Source: Candidatus Woesearchaeota archaeon
GTDB lineage: Archaea; Nanobdellota; Nanobdellia; Woesearchaeales; UBA11576
Length of the DNA: 64,000 nucleotides
Reading direction: 5' to 3'
Assembly (NCBI GenBank): GCA_043819495.1
Contig: JBDRET010000024.1
Location: 7,177-71,176, forward strand
A program made the position numbers and the translations under genes. Below are positions 28,196-37,716 of this stretch, one piece after another. The notes beneath the pieces were generated by a model that worked only from the letters and a program-made list of their open reading frames with translations, was not told the DNA's origin and ran no database searches. Position 1 is the first letter of the stretch. Each line of letters starts with the position of its first letter.

Positions 28196-28708
28196 ATCTA
28201 TGCAGGCCAGCTTTGTGTCTTCTTGTCTGTCGACATCTCCAGGGTCTTCTGCCTGTGCAATAACAGAGCCTACAGGGAGCACACCCATGACCTCGCAGTA
28301 TTTCTCGAGAATCTGTACAACGACCTTTGTCTCTTCTATGGCTCTGGCACCTACGCAAACTATTGCAGTAGCCTTCCCTTTGAGCAGTTGTGGATCTGAT
28401 AGCGGATTGGTACGGTCGATGAAATTCTTCATCAATCCAGTGACATTATCGAAGTAATTAGGGCTTCCAAAGACGATGGCATCAACTTCGAGCATCTTCG
28501 ATAACAACTGTTCCATGTCATCATTGATGACACAAGGACGTTCACTCCCGTAGCAGACGCCACAGCCATTGCAGAATTTTATATCAAAATCGCTGATCTT
28601 GATGATCTCGGTCTGGGCGTCACGTGCTCTGCAGGAATCCAGGATCCACGTGAGCAATCTTTTCGTGTTGCCTTCCTGCGGACTTCCACAGATGCCTAGG
28701 ACCTTCAT
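28160..28708 (-). CDS. NADPH-dependent FMN reductase / iron-sulfur flavoprotein-like
   Basis: '[14 protein letters not shown]', the Cys cluster '[14 protein letters not shown]', and '[10 protein letters not shown]'. Confidence 0.6.
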   Translation of the reverse strand: MKVLGICGSPQEGNTKRLLTWILDSCRARDAQTEIIKISDFDIKFCNGCGVCYGSERPCVINDDMEQLLSKMLEVDAIVFGSPNYFDNVTGLMKNFIDRTNPLSDPQLLKGKATAIVCVGARAIEETKVVVQILEKYCEVMGVLPVGSVIAQAEDPGDVDRQEDTKLACIDLGNNIMDKLVG

Positions 28709-29985
28709 TCTATTAACCCTTCATATATCGGGAATCTCCTGCAGAGATCGAGTACTTCTGCTTTCACCTTTGATTTGGCATAGACATTATTCGGGTTCTT
28801 GATTATCTGTGATATGAATACGCCGATTATGCGCATCTCGTCTTCCTTCATGCCCCTTGTTGTCAGGGCAGGTGTGCCTATCCTTATCCCAGAAGGGTTG
28901 AATGGAGAACGGGTGTCAAAAGGTATCATGTTCTTGTTCGTGAATATCAATGCCTCATCAAGGGCTTTCTCAATCTCCTTTCCGCCGAATCCAGTCGGAG
29001 AGATATCGATGAGCATGAGGTGGTTATCAGTCCCACCTGAGACGAGCTTGACTCCTTGGTCCATGAGGGTCTCTGCAAGCACCTTAGCATTCTTGAGCAC
29101 TTGTCTCTGGTAAACATTGAAATCAGGATGGAGCGCCTCTCCGAAAGCTACTGCCTTTGCAGCTATTATGTGATCAAGAGGTCCGCCCTGCATGCCAGGG
29201 AACACTGCAGAATCTATCTTCTGGGCCAGGTTCTTCTTATCATCAGGTCTCAGCTTGTCATCTATCTTAGAGAGTATCATAGCGCCTCTTGGTCCTCTCA
29301 GTGTCTTGTGTGTCGTAGTGGTAACTACATCACAGAAAGGCACAGGATTCTGGTGGAGTCCTGCTGCGATGAGGCCTGCAATGTGAGCGATATCTGCCAT
29401 GTGGTATGCACCTACCTCATCAGCGATCTCCTGGAATTCCTCGAAGTCAAGCTTCCGCGGATATGCGCTGAAACCTGACAGTATGAGCTTTGGTCTTTCT
29501 CTCTTTGCTATCTTCCTTACCTGGTCCATGTCCAGGCGATGCGTCTTTGGGTCGACGCCATAGCTTGTAAAATTGTAGAACTTTCCAGAGAAATTGACCG
29601 GGCTGCCATGAGTGAGGTGACCTCCATGCGCAAGGTCCATACCTAGAATCTTATCACCCAGGTTAAGAAGTGCGAAGTACGCCTCCATATTGGCCTGTGA
29701 TCCTGCATGCGGCTGAACATTTGCATGCTCTGCACCGAACAGCATCTTTGCCCTGTCAATCGCGAGCTTTTCAGATACATCTATGTGCTCATTGCCAGCA
29801 TAGTAGCGCTTTCCTGCGTATCCCTCACTGTACTTGTTCGTGAGGACAGAACCCATCGCCTGCATGACAGCTTTAGAGACATAATTCTCAGATGCTATGA
29901 GCTCAACGCCCTTCCTCTGCCTGGCCAGCTCATTCTTCACGACGGAGAATATTTCAGGATCTTTCTCTTCCAGATTTCGCATCAT
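28705..29985 (-). CDS. glyA: Serine hydroxymethyltransferase
   Basis: 'LIASENYVS', the PLP-lysine region '[16 protein letters not shown]', and '[13 protein letters not shown]'. 4-nt overlap with the downstream flavoprotein gene. Confidence 0.9.
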   Translation of the reverse strand: MMRNLEEKDPEIFSVVKNELARQRKGVELIASENYVSKAVMQAMGSVLTNKYSEGYAGKRYYAGNEHIDVSEKLAIDRAKMLFGAEHANVQPHAGSQANMEAYFALLNLGDKILGMDLAHGGHLTHGSPVNFSGKFYNFTSYGVDPKTHRLDMDQVRKIAKRERPKLILSGFSAYPRKLDFEEFQEIADEVGAYHMADIAHIAGLIAAGLHQNPVPFCDVVTTTTHKTLRGPRGAMILSKIDDKLRPDDKKNLAQKIDSAVFPGMQGGPLDHIIAAKAVAFGEALHPDFNVYQRQVLKNAKVLAETLMDQGVKLVSGGTDNHLMLIDISPTGFGGKEIEKALDEALIFTNKNMIPFDTRSPFNPSGIRIGTPALTTRGMKEDEMRIIGVFISQIIKNPNNVYAKSKVKAEVLDLCRRFPIYEGLIE

Positions 29986-30032
29986 CTTGTGTCAAAGGTC
30001 CAGTACAGAATATTTATACCTTTCTATTAGGT

Positions 30033-30096
30033 ATCTATCAAGATATCAGGCATCTATCAAGATATCAGGCATCTATCAAGGCATCTATCATGCAGG
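30033..30096 (+). repeat. Tandem direct repeats 'atctatcaagatatcaggc' (two full and two partial units) in the divergent glyA / kinase-deaminase promoter region
   Basis: Each 19-bp unit contains a 'gatatc' palindrome. The repeats lie between the divergent starts at 29985(-) and 30188(+). Confidence 0.55.
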
Positions 30097-30187
30097 TTTG
30101 GGCAGGTGATCTATCCTGTTTTCTTGGTGTCTTTTAAACTGAAGGTTTTTGTCTCCCTGTCTGGACAACACAACAAATAAATAAAAT

Positions 30188-31252
30188 ATGAAATCCTGTC
30201 AAAAGATGATAATCGGACTTGTCGGCATGTATGCATCAGGAAAGGATTCTGTCGCAGAGCATCTTGTCGAGAAAGGATTCACACATCTTTCCCTTTCTGA
30301 TATGTTACGAGAAGAGCTGAGGAAGAGAGGTCTAGATATAACCCGTGATAACCTTATAAATGTAGGAAACGAATTAAGAACGGTTCACGGGCATGGCGTG
30401 CTGGGGAAAAGAGCATTAGAGAACATAAAAGGCAAAGAAGGTGATTTTGTAGTCAGTTCTATCAGACATCCTGCAGAAGTAAAAGAGCTCATGCAGCATG
30501 GACATTTCTTCCTTGTTGACGTGCGGGCACCGATCAAGACGCGTTTTAAATGGATAAAGAAACGCAATAGGGAGAACGATCCTAAGACCCTGTCTGATCT
30601 AAAGGCAAAAGAAGCTCTTGAGAGTCAGAAAGAAGGACCTGGACAGCAGCTGACTAATACTATGAAGCTTGCGACGTTTGTGTTGTCCAATGACAGCACA
30701 CTCAAGAAACTTCAGGATAAGACTGACAAACTGGCCGTAGACCTCAAGAAGAAGGCTGAGACTATGTCAGAGTATGTGCGGCCTAGTTGGGATGAGTATT
30801 TCATGGGTATAATGGAAGCGGTCGCAGTGAGAGCAACATGTGCCCGTGGAAGGACCGCTTCAGTCATAGTCAAGGATAAGAGGATACTTGCGACAGGATA
30901 TGTCGGAAGTCCTGTAGGAGTACCTCATTGTGATGAGGCAGGTCATGAGTTCAAGCGGATGATACATGATGATGGAAGTGTCTCCCAGCACTGTGTCAGG
31001 ACAAGCCATGCAGAGCAGAACGCAATCTGTCTTGCAGCAAGGAATGGTGTTGCGATAGATGGAGCGACAATTTATTGCAAACTTGCCCCTTGCTATACCT
31101 GTGCAAAGATGATAATCAACTCAGGGATAGTAAGAGTGGTCTGCAAGATGAGATATCATGCAGATAAGGATAGCATGCGCATCTTCAAGCAGGCAGGCAT
31201 AGATATTGTCGTGTTGAATGATGATGTAGCTACATATGATGGGATGAAGTGA
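30188..31252 (+). CDS. Fusion protein: N-terminal UPF0200-like P-loop (d)NMP kinase, C-terminal dCMP deaminase
   Basis: N-terminal 'MIIGLVGMYASGKDS'. C-terminal zinc motifs 'HAEQNAI' and 'APCYTCAKMI' (CMP/dCMP deaminase). Confidence 0.65.
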   Translation: MKSCQKMIIGLVGMYASGKDSVAEHLVEKGFTHLSLSDMLREELRKRGLDITRDNLINVGNELRTVHGHGVLGKRALENIKGKEGDFVVSSIRHPAEVKELMQHGHFFLVDVRAPIKTRFKWIKKRNRENDPKTLSDLKAKEALESQKEGPGQQLTNTMKLATFVLSNDSTLKKLQDKTDKLAVDLKKKAETMSEYVRPSWDEYFMGIMEAVAVRATCARGRTASVIVKDKRILATGYVGSPVGVPHCDEAGHEFKRMIHDDGSVSQHCVRTSHAEQNAICLAARNGVAIDGATIYCKLAPCYTCAKMIINSGIVRVVCKMRYHADKDSMRIFKQAGIDIVVLNDDVATYDGMK

Positions 31253-31308
31253 CTTTTTAGATAGCTTCATAAATATTTATAAACTCCATTTCTTTTTGCA
31301 TGATTGAT

Positions 31309-31884
31309 ATGATAATCGCTATCACAGGCACGATAAGTTCCGGCAAAGGCAAAGTCGCAGAGCTGTTCCGGGACAAGGGATTCAAGCATCATAGTTTTTC
31401 TTCTGAGATACGTCAGGTCGCAAAGGAACATGGTATCGAGATAAACAGGAAGAACCTGAGCAAGCTTGGGCACGATTTGCGAGTCGAGAGTCCAAAAGAG
31501 TCAATTCTTGGTAAGCGGCTTCTTGATAAAATATTGAAAGAGATCGATAAGGGTGAGAAGAACTTTGTCATTGAGGGGTTGCGTGATTCTGATGAGGTTG
31601 ACATGTTTAGGAAGCACGAACTTGAGCGACCAGAGCAACGTTTCATACTCATCGGTGTCGATGCTCTGCAGGAAGTGCGTTTTGAACGGATGAAGAAGCG
31701 CGGAAGGCATGGTGAGCCAGAGACATTCGAGGAATTCAAGGCCATCGATGACCACGAATTGCTCGGTGACCAGGGACAGGAAGTCGGGAAGACGCTGAAT
31801 ATGTCTGATTATGTGATACAGAATGATAAGGGTCTCGAAGAGCTCAAGCAGAAGGTCGAGGATATCTCTTCGGAGATACTATAG
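31309..31884 (+). CDS. UPF0200-family P-loop kinase (paralog of the N-domain of the previous gene)
   Basis: 'MIIAITGTISSGKGKVAELFRDKGF' parallels 'MIIGLVGMYASGKDSVAEHLVEKGF'. 'tttataaa' lies ~30 nt upstream. Confidence 0.55.
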   Translation: MIIAITGTISSGKGKVAELFRDKGFKHHSFSSEIRQVAKEHGIEINRKNLSKLGHDLRVESPKESILGKRLLDKILKEIDKGEKNFVIEGLRDSDEVDMFRKHELERPEQRFILIGVDALQEVRFERMKKRGRHGEPETFEEFKAIDDHELLGDQGQEVGKTLNMSDYVIQNDKGLEELKQKVEDISSEIL

Positions 31885-32955
31885 TCTGCTGTCAGTAGCT
31901 CCAGTCTGTTCATTGTACTGTGATTTATCTTTATCTTCTAGTTCCCATGGCGAGTGCAGATAATACAGATGGAAATCTGCGAGCCGTTCTCCAGGTCTTA
32001 TTGTCACATCAGTCATAGCATAATTCTCGAATGTTATCTTACCACTGAATCTTGGGAATGGATCTATCTTTGGCGCACCTGCATGCGTCTGGAGCGAAGA
32101 GTGTCGTGAATACTCGTGGATGCCTGGCCCCACATATCCTGAAGTCGGCATCAGGTGATTCCATTCATGCACCCAACCCACAAAATGCTTGTCGATGCTT
32201 ACCTCTTCAGCGCTTGCTGAGAGAAAGAAAGTACCTGCTTTGATATATGTTCCTCTGTTTGCGAGCCTTCTCTCTTTAAACCATGTCGGGCTAGGCTCCT
32301 TTGGGTCGATTACCTCTCCGGTGTATATCTTTATTATCGGATCATGGGTAAGGGTGAATCCGCTGTTCATCTTCCTGCCGCCGGGAACTTTGGCACCTAC
32401 CTTGTATCCTTCATCTATTGCAAAAGTCTGCACAAGACGTTGTATCTCTTTACCTCGTCTTGTTATCTTCAGCTGTCCTGTCTTAATCTCTTCCCTGAGA
32501 ACATCGTCCAGAGCAGGGATGAAACCTCCGAACGCTATATGTGCCTGGGCAATCGTATCGCCAGGTCTTATCTTCACAGTCGTTCCGAGAGTGCGTATGC
32601 TGCAGATCACCTTGCCATAGAAATCACCATGCGGTTCAGAGAACTCATCGTGGACATCTGCAGATGCAACACCATACCTTGCCCAGCTGCTACGTGAGTT
32701 TATCTTACCATGGAACCAGTGTGAGAACCTGAATCTCTCTACTGTCTCGTATAAGAAAAAATCTCCTGGTTTCAGGAGCCAATATTCACCATCAATGAGA
32801 GGGACTTCTTTCATATCTTTACGGTCCTGAGAAGGAGTGAGAAGCTGACCTATCCGTACATCAAGAGAAGTCGCATTGATTTCTGTAATGCCTTCTATAT
32901 CTATAAGACCATGGTCTCTTGCAGCAGTCATATCTTGTTTACAGAGTATAGGCAT
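31879..32955 (-). CDS. Tandem dCTP deaminase/dUTPase-fold protein (Dcd-like, duplicated)
   Basis: 'INSRSSWARYGV' (Dcd 'RSSLARxGL'), 'VHDEFSEPHGDFYGKVICSIRTLG', and a second degenerate copy 'GAPKIDPFPRFSGKITFEN...IRPGERLADF'. Confidence 0.5.
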   Translation of the reverse strand: MPILCKQDMTAARDHGLIDIEGITEINATSLDVRIGQLLTPSQDRKDMKEVPLIDGEYWLLKPGDFFLYETVERFRFSHWFHGKINSRSSWARYGVASADVHDEFSEPHGDFYGKVICSIRTLGTTVKIRPGDTIAQAHIAFGGFIPALDDVLREEIKTGQLKITRRGKEIQRLVQTFAIDEGYKVGAKVPGGRKMNSGFTLTHDPIIKIYTGEVIDPKEPSPTWFKERRLANRGTYIKAGTFFLSASAEEVSIDKHFVGWVHEWNHLMPTSGYVGPGIHEYSRHSSLQTHAGAPKIDPFPRFSGKITFENYAMTDVTIRPGERLADFHLYYLHSPWELEDKDKSQYNEQTGATDSRL

Positions 32956-33003
32956 TTCAGGAGCCTCGATGTGTCATTGACTATAATCTTGTGGCGTGTC
33001 GGT

Positions 33004-33246
33004 TCAAGAGAATTGTATGACTTTCTCTCTTGACCTGGCACCTGCCTTGAGTTCACATCTTTTTCCTGTCTGCCTCTTCAAGAATTTGAGGAGTTCAGTG
33101 TTCGCTTTGTCCTTGTCAGGGACTGCTGCGACGGCGATACGCAGCATCTGTTTGTTCTCATCCCAACCTATGACTTCTGTTTTTGGAGCGTTGGGTTTGA
33201 CTACTACTTTTAGGATGTTGTTGTTGATATGATTGGTGATGTCCAT
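33004..33246 (-). CDS. DUF167/YggU-family small protein
   Basis: 'LRIAVAAVPDKDKANTELLKFLKRQTGKRCELKAGARSREKV' matches the UPF0235 pattern. Confidence 0.5.
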   Translation of the reverse strand: MDITNHINNNILKVVVKPNAPKTEVIGWDENKQMLRIAVAAVPDKDKANTELLKFLKRQTGKRCELKAGARSREKVIQFS

Positions 33247-33255
33247 CTTTTACAC

Positions 33256-33359
33256 GTCAGCACCGCAGCGCTCGCTTTGCGTATTCTTTTGAATATTCAT
33301 GCACAACTGCATCTTTAATCGTATATATCATTGTCAGCTCGCTAGGCGGCGGTGCTGAC
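33256..33359 (+). repeat. Hairpin element family 1, copy C (104 nt)
   Basis: Terminal IR gtcagcaccgc / gcggtgctgac. Core 'agcgctcgc ... aactgca..ctttaatcg ... cagctcgctaggcgg'. Confidence 0.6.
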
Positions 33360-33392
33360 TTTGTAAGTGGAACTTGCGTTGCTGTTTGACTA

Positions 33393-33710
33393 TCAGTCGT
33401 AATCACGCCAGGTGTGCCTACATTTGGTACATCTCAGGAACTTAGTCATCGCTTCATCTGCAGAACGGGTCTGGATGAGCCAATAGTATGCGCCATTATT
33501 GCCGCATTTTGGACAATCTTCTTTTGCGATCGGAAGGGTCTCAAAATCCTGTTCAACGACCTCTATTTCTGCAGTCGCTTTGACGGTCTCCTTCAGAGAA
33601 CCTGCATTGCTCCCTTCGCTTGTATAACCACATGAGCAGTGCAAGACAACCTTATCACCTTCTTTCTGTGGCCTGAGTATCGATTTGCATTTTGGACAGA
33701 ATTGTATCAT
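33393..33710 (-). CDS. tfs: Transcription factor S / RNA polymerase subunit M
   Basis: N-terminal Zn ribbon 'CPKCKS...CSCG' and C-terminal TFIIS-type ribbon 'CPKCGNNGAYYWLIQTRSADEAMTKFLRCTKCRHTW'. Confidence 0.8.
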   Translation of the reverse strand: MIQFCPKCKSILRPQKEGDKVVLHCSCGYTSEGSNAGSLKETVKATAEIEVVEQDFETLPIAKEDCPKCGNNGAYYWLIQTRSADEAMTKFLRCTKCRHTWRDYD

Positions 33711-33726
33711 CTTTGAAACCCCTAAC

Positions 33727-34353
33727 TTATAGCACACCTATGATCTGCATGAGCCTGACAAAACTTATCTTTATGTAACCTACCCAAGGTATCCGTACCA
33801 CTGCTTTTCCGATGTAGTTCTGCTCCATTATGCCAGTCTCAAATGCGAATGATGCAGGGTTATTATCTCCTTTTGTGGTGAACAGTCTTCCTTTCTCACC
33901 ATCTTCTATGATTATTATCCTGTGGATTATCGGATCAGGCCTTCCCGCATTGAATACTATCACGTCACCCACATTGAGCAGTGAGGGGTCAGTCCGGTAT
34001 AGGATCATTATATCTCCTTTATTGAAACCATTGCTGAACCTGAATTCCTGGAAGTTCTCTTTTGTGTACCCCAGAGCAAAATAGAACCTTCCCTGAGTGC
34101 AGTCGTATCTCTGCTCACAGTTCGCTTTCTGCTGCCACCAATACTCAAAGCCTCCATCATGCTCCATAGAGCTTGAGACCACTGCAACAATAGGGTGTGT
34201 TGTGGCGAGAACAAGACCCAGCGTTGGGTAGACTACAAACTTTATAAGTACAAATGCGAGTATTACGTTCACGAACCAGCTTGCCCAGCTGTCATCTTCC
34301 CAAATGAAATACCATACCTGCTTCCATGTATTCTTGGCCTTTTTCCAGTCCAT
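33727..34353 (-). CDS. Archaeal signal peptidase I (SEC11-like)
   Basis: 'IVAVVSSSMEH' carries the catalytic Ser. 'GDVIVFNAGRPDPIIHRIIII' and 'TKGDNNP' are present. The start is trimmed to MDWKK. Confidence 0.65.
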   Translation of the reverse strand: MDWKKAKNTWKQVWYFIWEDDSWASWFVNVILAFVLIKFVVYPTLGLVLATTHPIVAVVSSSMEHDGGFEYWWQQKANCEQRYDCTQGRFYFALGYTKENFQEFRFSNGFNKGDIMILYRTDPSLLNVGDVIVFNAGRPDPIIHRIIIIEDGEKGRLFTTKGDNNPASFAFETGIMEQNYIGKAVVRIPWVGYIKISFVRLMQIIGVL

Positions 34354-34396
34354 CCTTATTATGTCTCTGGAAAGTTTTAATAAGGTTTCGGTTAAC

Positions 34397-35182
34397 ATGA
34401 CCTGCATGAGATTCTGTCCAAAATGCGGTAAGAACGGCATACAAGGAGATTTCTGCAGTGAATGCGCTGAAAAAGAGCTTGACCTAACATTCAATGAGGT
34501 AGTCATCAAGAAATGCATCAGCTGTGCTAGATTCATGCTCCGTAATAGCTGGAAAGAGTTCAGGAACCTTGATGAAGGCATAATACGTGCAGCACATATC
34601 AAGATAAAGAACCCAAAGAATGCCGTGCTTGATATAACGCCAGATTACAAGGAATTGAAGAACAAACCAGGCGCAAAGCAGGAAATAAACCTTGAGATAG
34701 TTGCAGAGGGTCAGGATTTCGTCATACCTGCCACTATAGAGTTCACTTATTGCGACAAATGCGCAAAAGCAGGAACTCAGTATTTTGAAGGGGTGCTCCA
34801 GTTACGAGACGCAACTCCTGAACTGCTTGCTTTTGTCGAGAAAGATATAGCTGCTAATGTGAATGAAGGTGCGCATGTAACAACAAAGACCGGAAAAGGT
34901 GGTAATATCGATTTCATCATGACCTCTACAAAGTACATGCTTGCATTGGGGAAGAGGCTAAATCAGAAATTCAATGGTGAGCTCACTGTCACAGCAAAGC
35001 TATTTTCGCGGAACAGGCAGACAAGCAAGGAAGTATTTAGGACCAGTATACTGTTCAGGATGAGGACGTATAAGATCGGTGAGATAATCGAGACTCGAGG
35101 GAAAAAAATCAAGATAACAACCATAGGAAAGAAAGTGTCAGGCATAGATACAGAGACAGGGAAGAAAGTGTTTGTGGATTGA
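34397..35182 (+). CDS. NMD3-family (60S export adapter-like) zinc-binding protein
   Basis: N-terminal CxxC pairs 'CPKCG', 'CSEC', 'CISC', 'CDKC'. Basic C-terminus. Confidence 0.35.
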   Translation: MTCMRFCPKCGKNGIQGDFCSECAEKELDLTFNEVVIKKCISCARFMLRNSWKEFRNLDEGIIRAAHIKIKNPKNAVLDITPDYKELKNKPGAKQEINLEIVAEGQDFVIPATIEFTYCDKCAKAGTQYFEGVLQLRDATPELLAFVEKDIAANVNEGAHVTTKTGKGGNIDFIMTSTKYMLALGKRLNQKFNGELTVTAKLFSRNRQTSKEVFRTSILFRMRTYKIGEIIETRGKKIKITTIGKKVSGIDTETGKKVFVD

Positions 35183-35741
35183 TAATGTGAATGAGGAAAT
35201 CGAGATAAAGGTGGCATTGAAGAATCCTGAAGAGGTTCTCAATAAGTTAAGCCATTCAGCTAAGTTTGTGAAAGATAAGAGACAGAAAGATGAATACTTT
35301 GTACCTAAGCATAATGACTTCTTCGCTGTCAAGAATACAGTTGAATATCTGCGTATACGATCTCAAGATGGAAAGGCTGAGATAGGATACCACTTCTGCC
35401 ATCTGGCGCCTGATGGAAGTCTCCTGAAAACGGACGAGTACGAGACCAAAGTAGATGACCCCCAGATGATGTCAACAATACTCAAGAAATTAGATATGAT
35501 ACTCAAGGTGACAGTTACTAAGGACAGGAAATACTTTGACTATAAAGATTTCGAAGTGCTTGTGGATAATGTAGAGAATCTAGGGTATTTTCTTGAGGTA
35601 GAGGCCAAGAATGTTGTGGGTGATATAGGCGCAGTCAAAAAAAGTTGTTATGTTGTCCTGGATGAGTTGGGTGTAAAATGGGAGAAATTACCTGATATGG
35701 GTTATCCTGACCTGCTTCTTGAGAAGATGAGTGAGAATTAA
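35172..35741 (+). CDS. CYTH-domain protein (CyaB/thiamine-triphosphatase-like triphosphate tunnel enzyme)
   Basis: N-terminal 'EIEIKVAL', and 'YLRIR' and 'EYETKV' acidic tunnel motifs. ~190 aa. Confidence 0.55.
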   Translation: MWIDNVNEEIEIKVALKNPEEVLNKLSHSAKFVKDKRQKDEYFVPKHNDFFAVKNTVEYLRIRSQDGKAEIGYHFCHLAPDGSLLKTDEYETKVDDPQMMSTILKKLDMILKVTVTKDRKYFDYKDFEVLVDNVENLGYFLEVEAKNVVGDIGAVKKSCYVVLDELGVKWEKLPDMGYPDLLLEKMSEN

Positions 35742-35771
35742 ATAAAATAAAAATTAATTTAAAATATTTCT

Positions 35772-37586
35772 TTATCCGCATCCACCTGCATCAGAAGCAG
35801 GTGCAGGTTCATCACCAGCAAGAGCTGCTAATTTAGCAGGGTTACATGCGTCAGGAGCTGTTGTGAATCCCTGACATAAGGCCTGTGCAAATCCTGCAGC
35901 AGCCCTAGATCCTGAGTAAGCAGCACCTTCAACAAATACTGTCGGTGAACCGCTCACACCAAGCGCCTTGTTCAATGCCAGCTCTCCAGCAAGAATAGTT
36001 TCCCATTCGTCAGCTTCACATCCCTTTATCTTTGCGACATCAAGTCCAAGACCCTTTGCGACAGGCTCCCAGCAGCTGTCTGCATTACTTGCACTGCACT
36101 TCTTGTTCATCTCCAATACGAACTTGAAGTATGCATCGATACCGATGTACTTGTCTACACATAGCTCGCGCAGTCCCTGGTTAAGCTCCTGCACCCCATG
36201 CATGGAACAGTACTTACTCTCTTTGTCAAGGCAGAAATTAGGTCCTCCGCCCTGGTAGTTCGAGTATATCACATAATGCGGGTTGAAGTCTGCCTTGCCT
36301 TTCAGCAGCTGATATGCAGGTTCTATCGCTTCTTCTGCCATATTACCATATGGGCAATAGCTCATGACATAGAAATCTATCTGTGGCCTGTTATCTCCTT
36401 TCGTGACTCCAGTCAGCTTCTCTATCTCGTCTCTCTTCTTCTTATCGAGAATATATGTAGCTCCGCTCGCATCATCCAGGATGATGAACTTTTCACCGAC
36501 CTTCCTGAATGCATTAGGTATGTTAGGGTTGTTCTGCCAAGAATAGGTCTCGCTCACATCTCCTGTGAAAACATATGCTGGTGCCTTCTCTAAGTTCAGG
36601 CTTTTTACCAATGCAGCTCCTTCTACATTTGATGCATCAACCTCTTCAACTTCCATGTTCAGGAAGACTTGACTGAGAACTGCTACTAGCTGGGATGCAT
36701 CACAGTTGAGGCATTCTTTACTGCTTACGACAGTCAGCTTGACCTCTGCGTCATCCTTGTAAGTGCATGTTGCGTCAGCTTTTCCAGGATTATTACATAC
36801 TCCTACCTTTCCTGGCTCTCCAGCGCATTCAACATCATTTGCGCAGGCAGGCATGTTTGCACAGACAGGGTGTTCACCTAGTCCTTGGCATATGGTCCTC
36901 TTGAATGAGGTCTCATCTCTCTGGCCTTGGTATAGCTTGCCGTCGATATATATTGTCGGGCTTCCTTGCGCATTGACTTCCATGCTCTTTGAGATAGATT
37001 CAGACATCAGTTTTTTGCCCTGAGCACCTTCAAAACAGGATCTTATCTTATCTGCATCTGCACCGATCTGTTTAGCGCATTTATCTATGGATCCTACAAG
37101 GTCCCTGACATCCTTGTTCTGACATACTACAAACTCAATCAGTCTTTCAGGATACTGCTCCTGTACACAGAGCTGGATTATATCTCCGTCAACTTCTGGC
37201 TGGCCGTGAAGGCTTTGGAATCCTCCATCCACTTCACCTGCTATGAATTCTAACCGGAAATCGATATTTGTGCCGATCTCTTTCATTACAGGTTCAATAG
37301 CATCCTCTACCTGAGTCCCATAAGGACATTGACTCATCACATAGAAAGTGACAGGAACAGATCCATACTGATCAGCATCAGTCACTTCAATATGTCTGGA
37401 CATAGATTGTGATAGTATCACTACAATCAGAACCAATACGATACCACCGATGATGTATTTAGTATAATTGCACTTCTTTTTTCTCTTCTTGTGTACATGA
37501 CTGTGTGTCTTGTGCGTATTCTTATGCGCATGTTCAGCTCCCTTGTGATGGCTTTCTGTATGCGCGGTCTTATCATGCTCTGTCAT
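35772..37586 (-). CDS. Membrane-anchored protein with a His-rich N-tail and two thioredoxin/DsbA-like domains
   Basis: 'FYVMSQCPYG' and 'FYVMSYCPYG' (single-Cys CPYG motif), 'GSPTIYIDG' and 'GSPTVFVEG' cis-Pro loops, and an N-terminal 'HTESHHKGAEHAHKNTHKTHSHVH'. Confidence 0.45.
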   Translation of the reverse strand: MTEHDKTAHTESHHKGAEHAHKNTHKTHSHVHKKRKKKCNYTKYIIGGIVLVLIVVILSQSMSRHIEVTDADQYGSVPVTFYVMSQCPYGTQVEDAIEPVMKEIGTNIDFRLEFIAGEVDGGFQSLHGQPEVDGDIIQLCVQEQYPERLIEFVVCQNKDVRDLVGSIDKCAKQIGADADKIRSCFEGAQGKKLMSESISKSMEVNAQGSPTIYIDGKLYQGQRDETSFKRTICQGLGEHPVCANMPACANDVECAGEPGKVGVCNNPGKADATCTYKDDAEVKLTVVSSKECLNCDASQLVAVLSQVFLNMEVEEVDASNVEGAALVKSLNLEKAPAYVFTGDVSETYSWQNNPNIPNAFRKVGEKFIILDDASGATYILDKKKRDEIEKLTGVTKGDNRPQIDFYVMSYCPYGNMAEEAIEPAYQLLKGKADFNPHYVIYSNYQGGGPNFCLDKESKYCSMHGVQELNQGLRELCVDKYIGIDAYFKFVLEMNKKCSASNADSCWEPVAKGLGLDVAKIKGCEADEWETILAGELALNKALGVSGSPTVFVEGAAYSGSRAAAGFAQALCQGFTTAPDACNPAKLAALAGDEPAPASDAGGCG

Positions 37587-37716
37587 ATTATACCCCTCTA
37601 TATGTGTAGATTTGTAGTCAGCACATATGTGCTTTTTTAAATCTTTCTAAACACAGAAGGCCGTTTAATACGGCAATCCCCCCAGTGTACTCACGGGTGG
37701 TTTGAATGTCTGTTGG

